Positions 18,665 through 27,210 of a stretch of 29,336 nucleotides of DNA are shown here, in pieces. Below the pieces are notes generated by a model that was not told the origin of the DNA, made no database searches, and was given only the letters and a program-made list of their open reading frames with translations. The position numbers were made by a program, and so were the translations under genes. The DNA is from Aulosira sp. ZfuVER01 (lineage in GTDB: Bacteria > Cyanobacteriota > Cyanobacteriia > Cyanobacteriales > Nostocaceae), in contig JAVRCV020000042.1 of the NCBI GenBank assembly GCA_034530615.2, forward strand, positions 1-29,336. Reading direction: 5' to 3'. The stretch's first letter is position 1, and every line of letters starts with the position of its first letter.

Positions 18665-20674
18665 ATGAGCATTTCGACTTCCGTGCTGAGTGATCTGCTA
18701 CAGTTCCTCCCCTACCTACGACCCCAACTATATTTCAAGGCTTCACTAACGGCGCTCTCCCACGCGATGGAAGACCAAGTTTTGGCGGCGACTTTAGTCC
18801 AGCCTTTAGTGATTGCTAGCTTCCAACGAGAGCGGTTTTACCGCCAAGAAGCGCATCGCTACCAGCGGTTATCGGAGCGAAGTAACCAAATATACGTTTT
18901 ATCTGCACCAGAAACAGATTTTACTAATAGCTCGGAGTACTACGAAAAAGTAGCTTTTGAGCCAGATGATGCCTTAAGCCAAGAATGGCATTTGGTGGTA
19001 GTTGCAGATAACTATGCTACTTGCTTAGTGTGTCGAGAAAGCCTAGGTTCCATTGCCAAAAATAAGCAGAATCCAGAACTGGTTCCCAGTCTGGATATGG
19101 ATACAGCACGCAGGTTTGAGGGTGTTTGGACATCAGAACGAGGAGTCAGCCTGAAAGCAGCGCAATTATTACTAGATAGGATTGTAATTTACAGACCAGA
19201 TCTGGCAGACAAAGTTGAGGATGCACGCCAAAGGTTTGGCATTGGCAAACCGAGAATCTACTCAGGAGCAGAACAGAGCAGCGAATATGCTTGTGATATA
19301 GATACCGACCCCTTTGTGCAACGCTTAGTGACTTACCTCCAAGCTAGCCAGTACAAATTACACAAAGCCTATCGTTCGATTACAGCCCAAGCACGTAAAG
19401 AACGCTTAATCAACTCAATTAGTACCGCCATTAGGCGATCGCTCGATCCGCATGAAGTACTGCAAATAGCAGCACAAGAATTGGGACAGCACATGGGGGC
19501 GGGGCGCTGTCTAATTTACCGCGCTCAAGCGACAGAAGCCAAAGCCACCATTGAACACGAATTTTTAACACCAGGAGTATCATCCGTATGGGGGCAAACC
19601 TGGGAGTTAGAGCGCAATCCTCTATTTCGGGAAATAGTCAAACAAGGTGAGGGTGTCTGTGTTAGCGATACCTTAGCCGATCCTTGGGTGACTAATTCGA
19701 CAGTGCTATCTGCGATCGCCAAACAGTTCGGGATTCGTTCTTGGGTGATGGAGCCAGTTTTCTATCAAGGGCGATTGCTCGGCATAGTAGAGTTACACTA
19801 TTGCAGTATGCCGCCCCATGAGTGCCAATCGGGAGAATTGGATTTAGTAAAAGCGATCGCCACTCAAGTGGGAGCAGCCTTAATTCAAGCGGAAGCCTAC
19901 GCCAACTTAGAAGAACTTAATCAGCAGTTAGAAGCCCTAGACCGCACCCGCAGCAACCTGATAGCCATCACTGGGCACGAACTGCGCACTCCCCTATCCA
20001 CCATTCAAGTTTGCCTGGAAAGCCTCGCCAGCGAGCCGGATATGCCCCAAGATTTACAGCAGGTAATGCTCGATACTGCGCTTGCTGATTCCGAAAGGAT
20101 GCGAAAATTGGTGCAAGATTTCTTAACACTTTCCAACCTGGAAAGCGGTCGGGTGGAATGGCATCCTGAATCTTTGACATTACAAGAATGTGTAGATTTA
20201 GCACTCAGCCGGATGCGGACACGCTCCACCATTGAAAAGCCACCCCAAATTACAACTAAAATTGCGAAAAACTTGCCTTTAGTCAGGGCTGATGGTGATT
20301 GGTTAGTAGAGGTAATCGCCAAACTCGTAGACAATGCTTGTAAATTTACACCATCACAAGGAGAAATCAGCATTAGTGCAACGCGCAACAAACAGCAGAT
20401 GGTTGAAGTCACCATAGCTGATACAGGACGAGGTATTGAACCCAATCGCTTAGAAATCGTCTTTGATCGGTTTTATCAAGAAGAAGGCGCATTGCGACGT
20501 AGCACAGGCGGTACAGGTTTAGGGCTGGCAATTTGCCGCCAAATTGTCAACGGCTGGGGCGGTGAAATTTGGGCAGACTCAATGGGTAAAGACCAAGGCA
20601 GTCAGTTTCACTTTACCGTCCCTATTGTGCAGAGTAGTCAAGAAGAAAAGCGATCGAGGGTCAAGGGGAAATGA
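18665..20674 (+). CDS. DICT-GAF-HisKA-HATPase sensor histidine kinase (Hik2-like)
   Basis: 669 aa; DICT (KASLTALSHAMED, SFQRERFYRQEAHRY, EWHLVV), GAF (IRRSLD...RCLIY...), H-box TGHELRTPLSTI, DNACKFT, DTGRGI, FDRFYQ, GTGLGLAI; no TM; position upstream of psaD-trpE. Hik2 orthology is recalled, not tested. Confidence 0.88.
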   Translation: MSISTSVLSDLLQFLPYLRPQLYFKASLTALSHAMEDQVLAATLVQPLVIASFQRERFYRQEAHRYQRLSERSNQIYVLSAPETDFTNSSEYYEKVAFEPDDALSQEWHLVVVADNYATCLVCRESLGSIAKNKQNPELVPSLDMDTARRFEGVWTSERGVSLKAAQLLLDRIVIYRPDLADKVEDARQRFGIGKPRIYSGAEQSSEYACDIDTDPFVQRLVTYLQASQYKLHKAYRSITAQARKERLINSISTAIRRSLDPHEVLQIAAQELGQHMGAGRCLIYRAQATEAKATIEHEFLTPGVSSVWGQTWELERNPLFREIVKQGEGVCVSDTLADPWVTNSTVLSAIAKQFGIRSWVMEPVFYQGRLLGIVELHYCSMPPHECQSGELDLVKAIATQVGAALIQAEAYANLEELNQQLEALDRTRSNLIAITGHELRTPLSTIQVCLESLASEPDMPQDLQQVMLDTALADSERMRKLVQDFLTLSNLESGRVEWHPESLTLQECVDLALSRMRTRSTIEKPPQITTKIAKNLPLVRADGDWLVEVIAKLVDNACKFTPSQGEISISATRNKQQMVEVTIADTGRGIEPNRLEIVFDRFYQEEGALRRSTGGTGLGLAICRQIVNGWGGEIWADSMGKDQGSQFHFTVPIVQSSQEEKRSRVKGK

Positions 20675-20802
20675 GGGCAGGGAGTAGGGGAAGATTAGGG
20701 GGACAAGGGAGATGAGAGAGTATGAGGAGAAGAGCCAAGGGAGCAGGGGAAGCAGAGGAAGATAAAATGCCCCATGCTTAATGACAAATGACAAAGGACA
20801 AA
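20675..20802. repeat. STRR-type purine-rich 9-mer and 7-mer (ATGACAA) repeats
   Basis: gggggacaaggg, ggagcagggga, ggaagataaaatgccc, atgacaaatgacaaaggacaa. Confidence 0.8.
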
Positions 20803-20814
20803 GCACTAAAAACT

Positions 20815-20832
20815 GTTACAGTCTATGACACG
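20815..20832 (+). promoter_or_regulatory. HLR1-like RpaB site upstream of psaD
   Basis: GTTACAGT-ct-ATGACACG; PSI gene promoters are established RpaB/HLR1 targets. Confidence 0.5.
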
Positions 20833-20892
20833 ATCGCAACATGATCCATTTGGCGGTGTTACGATGCCCTAAAAACGTTGAGAGACTACTTT

Positions 20893-21312
20893 ATGGCAGA
20901 AGCACTTTCTGGAAAAACTCCGTCATTTGCTGGCAGCACTGGCGGCTTGCTGTCAAAAGCAGACACTGAAGAAAAGTACGCTATCACCTGGACTAGCCCC
21001 AAGGCGCAAGTTTTTGAACTGCCTACAGGTGGTGCAGCTACTATGCAGCAGGGCGCAAACCTTTTGTACTTGGCTCGGAAAGAATATGGTATCGCTTTGG
21101 GCGGTCAACTCCGGAAATTCAAAATCACAGACTACAAAATTTACCGGATTCTGCCCAAAGGTGAAACCACTTTAATTCACCCAGCCGATGGCGTATTCCC
21201 TGAAAAGGTCAACGACGGTCGTGAGAAAGTACGTTACGTACCACGCAACATTGGTAGCAACCCCAATCCATCACAACTCAAGTTCAGTGGTAAATACACT
21301 TACGACGCATAG
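20893..21312 (+). CDS. psaD: Photosystem I reaction centre subunit II PsaD
   Basis: 139 aa from ATG 20893; [46 protein letters not shown]. Confidence 0.98.
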   Translation: MAEALSGKTPSFAGSTGGLLSKADTEEKYAITWTSPKAQVFELPTGGAATMQQGANLLYLARKEYGIALGGQLRKFKITDYKIYRILPKGETTLIHPADGVFPEKVNDGREKVRYVPRNIGSNPNPSQLKFSGKYTYDA

Positions 21313-21321
21313 CTCTCTGCA

Positions 21322-21398
21322 CTAGGGGCTAGAGAATTAGGGATTGGGGCTTGGAAGTTGGGTATTTCCAGTCTCATTCCCTATTTCCTGGCTCCTAG
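21322..21398. repeat. Degenerate 7-mer STRR arms forming an inverted repeat between psaD and trpE
   Basis: ctaggggctagagaattagggattggggcttggaa ... ttccagtctcattccctatttcctggctcctag. Confidence 0.65.
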
Positions 21399-21502
21399 TA
21401 ACTATTGTGGAAATAAGGCAGAGGGCAGAAGGAAAAAGATTTTCATGCCCTTGTTGTGGGTGTTGCCTGTGAGGGCGTAGTTATTAAAATTTTAGTTAAG
21501 GT

Positions 21503-23014
21503 ATGATTTTTCCCGATTTTTCGCAATTTTCTCAACTAGCTTCGCAAGGCAACTTTGTTCCGGTATATCAGGAATGGGTGGCAGATCTAGATACGCCAGT
21601 ATCCGCCTGGTATAAAGTCTGTGCTGGTCAGCCCTATAGCTTTTTGTTGGAATCTGTGGAAGGTGGGGAAAAGCTTGGGCGTTATAGTTTATTGGGTTGC
21701 GATCCGTTATGGGTGTTGGAAGCCAGGGGTAATAGTACAACCCAGACACACCGTGATGGTTCTCAGGTCGTGTTTGCAGGCGACCCCTTTACAGCTTTAG
21801 CTAAATGTTTGGAACCTTATCACCCAGTCAAATTACCACAACTACCACCAGGAATTGGCGGGTTGTTTGGCTTTTGGGGTTATGAATTAATTCATTGGAT
21901 AGAACCCCGTGTGCCAATTTATCCGCAAGATGAGAGAAATATTCCCGATGGGTTGTGGATGCAGGTAGACCACCTGTTGATTTTTGACCAGGTGAAGCGG
22001 AAAATTTGGGCGATCGCCTATGCTGATTTACGCGATCCTCAAGTAGACTTACAAGCAGCTTATCAACAAGCCTGCGATCGCGTTACCCAGATGGTCAGCA
22101 AGCTATCTCTACCCTTATCGCCAGAGAAAACTATATTTGAATGGACACCCCCTGGTAACAAGAAAGCAGCAGCAGAGGAATACAGCAGCAACTTTACTCG
22201 CCCTGAATTCTGCGCCAGTGTCGAAAAGGCCAAGAAGTACATCAAAGCGGGAGATATTTTTCAAGTCGTCATTTCCCAGAGATTATCCACCAAATACACA
22301 GGCGACCCCTTCTTGCTTTATCGTTCCCTACGCCAGATTAATCCCTCACCGTACATGGCTTATTTTAACTTCCAGGATTGGCAAATTATCGGTTCCAGCC
22401 CTGAAGTGATGGTAAAAGCAGAACGCGATCGCGACGATGAAACGATCGCAACAGTGCGCCCGATTGCGGGGACACGTCCACGGGGTAAAACTAGCAAAGA
22501 AGATGCAGCTTTAGCTGAAGATTTACTTCAAGACCCCAAAGAAGTTGCCGAACACGTCATGCTTGTTGATTTAGGGCGTAATGATTTGGGGCGTGTTTGC
22601 CAAAACGGTAGCGTAAGAGTTGATGAATTAATGGTGGTAGAACGCTACTCCCATGTCATGCACATTGTCAGTAATGTTGTCGGTAAATTAGCACCCAATA
22701 AAACCGCATGGGATTTACTGAAAGCTTGTTTCCCAGCAGGTACAGTCAGCGGCGCGCCCAAAATTCGGGCGATGGAAATTATCCACGAATTAGAACCTAG
22801 TCGGCGTGGTGTTTATTCTGGTGTTTATGGTTATTACGATTTTGAAGGGCAATTAAATAGTGCGATCGCAATTCGCACAATGGTAGTAAACGATCGCACA
22901 GTAACTGTACAAGCTGGTGCGGGTTTAGTGGCTGATTCCGAACCCGAGAAAGAATATGAAGAAACCCTGAATAAAGCCAGAGGTTTGTTAGAGGCGATTC
23001 GTTGTCTGCGGTAA
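21503..23014 (+). CDS. trpE: Anthranilate synthase component I
   Basis: 503 aa; DLDTPVSA, LLESVEGG, GDIFQVVISQR, NPSPYM, RPIAGTRPRG, AEHVMLVDLGRND, FPAGTVSGAPKIRAM. Confidence 0.97.
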   Translation: MIFPDFSQFSQLASQGNFVPVYQEWVADLDTPVSAWYKVCAGQPYSFLLESVEGGEKLGRYSLLGCDPLWVLEARGNSTTQTHRDGSQVVFAGDPFTALAKCLEPYHPVKLPQLPPGIGGLFGFWGYELIHWIEPRVPIYPQDERNIPDGLWMQVDHLLIFDQVKRKIWAIAYADLRDPQVDLQAAYQQACDRVTQMVSKLSLPLSPEKTIFEWTPPGNKKAAAEEYSSNFTRPEFCASVEKAKKYIKAGDIFQVVISQRLSTKYTGDPFLLYRSLRQINPSPYMAYFNFQDWQIIGSSPEVMVKAERDRDDETIATVRPIAGTRPRGKTSKEDAALAEDLLQDPKEVAEHVMLVDLGRNDLGRVCQNGSVRVDELMVVERYSHVMHIVSNVVGKLAPNKTAWDLLKACFPAGTVSGAPKIRAMEIIHELEPSRRGVYSGVYGYYDFEGQLNSAIAIRTMVVNDRTVTVQAGAGLVADSEPEKEYEETLNKARGLLEAIRCLR

Positions 23015-23129
23015 AAAAATCACGTAAAGACTTTTTGCATTTAGTCTTGGTTTTCAAAGCCAAGGCTGCGAAAAGTTATATCTCATATAACCAGGAATTA
23101 TCAAAAGATAGCTGAGAAGTTATTGCTTC

Positions 23130-23186
23130 TTTGTAACAGACTTGTTATATTTCTTTACATAAAGACATATAAAGCAATATAAAGCC
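23130..23186 (+). promoter_or_regulatory. Promoter module nearly identical to the psb34 promoter, with HLR1-like repeats
   Basis: 23130-23164 matches 9258-9292 at 31/35 nt; GTTATATT-tc-TTTACATA; then ATAAAG three times at 10-bp period. Confidence 0.6.
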
Positions 23187-23440
23187 TTAGCCATTACGTT
23201 CTGAGTAACTATGCAGTTGAGCGTGTGATGGATGCTGAGTATGCATTTATGGTCTGGAATTGACGTGAACGAGTCATAAAGCGATCGCTACCTCGTCACG
23301 ATTGAGCAAAACGCCTATCTTTGCAGCTCAAAGGAATCAGTTCCATTGGCGGTGATGTAGCAGATTGTTAAATAGTTTGAAGATTGATGTGGAATCTTTC
23401 AAAGTCCCATCAGCACAGCTATTTACAACAATTTTCACTT
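23160..23440 (+). ncRNA. Candidate structured non-coding RNA or long 5' leader
   Basis: Lies downstream of the predicted promoter, has no long ORF, and contains three hairpins at 23264-23300, 23302-23331 and 23364-23432. Confidence 0.3.
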
Positions 23441-23490
23441 GTGAAGTGTAATTTCTGGATGACAAATTAGAGATTTGGGAGGCAGGCTTG

Positions 23491-24111
23491 ATGGATGCTG
23501 ATGAACTTCTCAACAGCTATCGTGCAGGAGAGAAAAAATTCACTCAGGTAAGCCTGTACTCAGTAATTCTGAGCGAGGTTTGCCTACCTGGAATCAATTT
23601 GGCTGGTGCTAATTTAGCCAGAGCAACTTTATCTCAGGCAAACCTGCGGGGAGCAAACCTGATCGAAGCGAATTTGACAGCAGCTTCTCTTTGGAGAACC
23701 GACTTAACTAGAGCGAACATGATTTGGGCAAACCTCAAGGCTGCTAACTTGATTCGGGCAAACCTGGCTCAAGTTGACTTGCACAAAGCTTCCTTAATAA
23801 AAGCGGACTTGCGTTTAGCAAATCTGCGTAATGCCGACCTCAGTGGTGTAAATTTAACTGGAGCAGACTTGCGTTATGCCAACCTTAGTGGTGCTTTCCT
23901 GGCTGGGGCAAATCTTAGGGGTGCAAACCTGACTGGAGCAAACTTGAGCAAGACAGACTTAAGTCATGCTATTCTCACCAAAGCTATCTTGTCCAAAACC
24001 GATCTCAGTTACGTTGATTTTACAGAAGTAGACCTAACTGATGTTGATTTGCTTTACTGCCTCGTTAGCGGAGAAACCTCACCAATACAAGGTTTTTTGG
24101 AAGCAGTTTGA
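23491..24111 (+). CDS. Pentapeptide repeat protein
   Basis: GGGAGG SD 8 nt before ATG 23491; MDADELLNSYRAGEKKF followed by tandem A(N/D)LxX repeats. Confidence 0.92.
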   Translation: MDADELLNSYRAGEKKFTQVSLYSVILSEVCLPGINLAGANLARATLSQANLRGANLIEANLTAASLWRTDLTRANMIWANLKAANLIRANLAQVDLHKASLIKADLRLANLRNADLSGVNLTGADLRYANLSGAFLAGANLRGANLTGANLSKTDLSHAILTKAILSKTDLSYVDFTEVDLTDVDLLYCLVSGETSPIQGFLEAV

Positions 24112-24158
24112 GCGTTTCCTCCTTCTAAATTAATTTCAAAAAGAATGAGACAGATATT

Positions 24159-24190
24159 TTATAGAGACGTTACGTGTAACGTCTCTATAA
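24159..24190. repeat. Perfect REP-like palindrome (Nostoc GTAGAGACGTTACATGTAACGTCTCTAC family)
   Basis: ttatagagacgttac-gt-gtaacgtctctataa, 15-bp arms. Confidence 0.75.
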
Positions 24191-24281
24191 CTATGTGGGT
24201 GCAGTGCTGACTCCTAAACCTGCACAAAGACAGTCAAAATTGTGACGATATAAATAAGTAAAACTAATCACTTGTATCAGT

Positions 24282-24328
24282 TTTACAAAAGTATTAATAC
24301 TTGATTAACTTTTGTAAAGCAGTGTAAA
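24282..24328. promoter_or_regulatory. psbA promoter region with HLR1-like sites
   Basis: Inverted repeat tttacaaaagt (24282-24292) / acttttgtaaa (24308-24318); minus-strand TTTACACT-gc-TTTACAAA (24311-24328). Confidence 0.55.
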
Positions 24329-24367
24329 GTAACATTACAGACGCAAACAAAGTTGTCTGATTCATAA

Positions 24368-25474
<1,107 letters not shown>

Positions 25475-25509
25475 TTTCTGAGAATTCAACAATAGCTTCT
25501 CTGTGAATC

Positions 25510-25543
25510 AAAAGCGCTCTCCCAATTGGGAGGGCGCTTTTTC
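25510..25543 (+). terminator. Intrinsic terminator of psbA
   Basis: aaaagcgctctccc-aatt-gggagggcgctttttt. Confidence 0.9.
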
Positions 25544-25646
25544 ATTGCCAAAAATTTTCTCTATATTTATTCTCCGTTGTCAAAGTTATCCTTGCTGAAT
25601 TTATGGGAACAATAAAAATGTTGTTCTATGAAAAAATATATTAGTA

Positions 25647-26831
25647 ATGGCTATACCTCCAACAGAACAAGCATTACTAGAAAAATTTATTGTTGATAAT
25701 GAAGAATTAGATAATCTCGAATCAAAACTTGCTCAATTTAATATTTTTGAAGCAATTGGCGTAGTGCGACAAGAAATACGTCATTCAAACTTCTTAGCAT
25801 TTTTGTTAAATCCGTCTCAGAACCATAGGCTTGATGACATTTTTCTGAAGCAATTTCTCAAGCAAGTATTGTTAGAAACAGAGCAGCCTACAAATGTAAA
25901 TTATGCGAATATTCGTTCTGTTGATATCGATATAGCTGATTTGACAGATGCTGAGGTTAAGCGCGAATGGCAAAACATTGATATTTTTATACACTCATCT
26001 TCTAACAAACTAGTTTGTGCAATAGAAAATAAAGTTGACTCTGGAGAGCATTCAGATCAACTAGAGAGATACCGCAAGATTATTGAGAATCAATATAGTA
26101 ATTATCGAAAAATTTTGATTTATTTAACGCCAAAAGGTAATCAACCATCTGATGAAAATTGGCGAATTTATAAATATTCTAATGTTGTTGAACTAATTGA
26201 TAACATTTGTACAAGTTATAAATCAACTCTTGGTGGAGATGTTTCTACCTTACTAACTCATTATTCTACATTAATTAAGAGACATATTATTATGAGTGAT
26301 TCAGAATTAGCTGAACTGTGCCGTAAAATATATTCCAAGCATAAACAAGCCCTCGATTTAATTTTTGAATATCGTCTAGACTTACAATCGGAAATAGCTA
26401 GTATTGTTTACGATACAGTAACTAAAGACATTGAGAATAAAAAAGGTTCTGTACTTTTGTTTAGTACTAAATCTGTAGGTTTTGATATCAAAGAATGGAA
26501 AGATGTAAATTTACCTATTTACTTCTATTTTGACAATGATACCGAAAATCTTAGGCTACAACTTGGCATTAGCTCTGGTGAACAAACTATACGTAAAAAA
26601 ATCCATCAGTTCTCCCTAAATAACCCAACAATTTTTAAGAATAATGCTAGATGGTCTGATAAGTGGATAACTATTTATCAAAAAGATATTTTAAATTGTA
26701 GAGATTATAAATTAACAAACATTGAGGATTTAATTAAAAAAATTCAGGATTTTTGGGAAAATTTTATTAAAGATGACTTTCTCAAGATAGAAAAAATAAT
26801 CAATGAAAATAAAGATAAGTTAATCAACTAA
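25647..26831 (+). CDS. PD-(D/E)XK nuclease family protein (PDDEXK_4-like)
   Basis: 394 aa; EIRHSNFLAFLLNP...H, REWQNIDIFI, AIENKV, DQLERY, IYLTP; very AT-rich. Confidence 0.85.
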   Translation: MAIPPTEQALLEKFIVDNEELDNLESKLAQFNIFEAIGVVRQEIRHSNFLAFLLNPSQNHRLDDIFLKQFLKQVLLETEQPTNVNYANIRSVDIDIADLTDAEVKREWQNIDIFIHSSSNKLVCAIENKVDSGEHSDQLERYRKIIENQYSNYRKILIYLTPKGNQPSDENWRIYKYSNVVELIDNICTSYKSTLGGDVSTLLTHYSTLIKRHIIMSDSELAELCRKIYSKHKQALDLIFEYRLDLQSEIASIVYDTVTKDIENKKGSVLLFSTKSVGFDIKEWKDVNLPIYFYFDNDTENLRLQLGISSGEQTIRKKIHQFSLNNPTIFKNNARWSDKWITIYQKDILNCRDYKLTNIEDLIKKIQDFWENFIKDDFLKIEKIINENKDKLIN

Positions 26832-27133
26832 AATAGCTCTGTATGTCCTGAAGCGTGAGGATCAGGTTTGCGGGCTTACATTTGCGCGATCGCTCTCCAT
26901 CATCTCCAAAAAGCGATCGCCTCTTAATAAAGCGATTTTTATTCAAGCATCAATACTCAATAGATCCCTAGCTTCGCTTCATCCTGAAGGTGCGCCCCGC
27001 ACATGGACTGCTGACGACAAGCTGCTTTGGGTCTAGGCATTGCTTATAGATGTGAAAAAACAGAAATATTTATTAAAAAGACAGTTAATAACTGGTTTGT
27101 AACAGTATTGTCACTTTACTTTTATTACTAAGC

Positions 27134-27163
27134 CTTAACCATCTCTTATTTATTTATTAAAAA
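27134..27163 (+). promoter_or_regulatory. Possible weak Pho box (SphR) upstream of phoX
   Basis: CTTAACCA-tct-CTTATTTA-ttt-ATTAAAAA at 11-bp period; only the first unit fits PyTTAAPyPyW well. Confidence 0.3.
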
Positions 27164-27210
27164 ACAATTTTTATTTTTTAAATTACTGGTGTTGTTCAAA
27201 ATATATTCTG

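Noticed and set aside
20579..20806. 75-aa Leu/Pro-rich minus-strand ORF
   Set aside because: Translation of purine-rich STRR repeats
20878..20892. TTG-start extension of psaD in the ORF track
   Set aside because: ATG at 20893 gives the usual 139-aa PsaD with GAGAG upstream
24273..24338. NtcA-like GTA...TAC pairs in the psbA promoter
   Set aside because: Spacers are 7 and 9 nt, not 8
25515..26898. CGCTCTCC on both sides of the nuclease gene as att or target-site repeats
   Set aside because: Only 8 nt, overlapping a terminator and a HIP1 site; no integrase; compatible with chance
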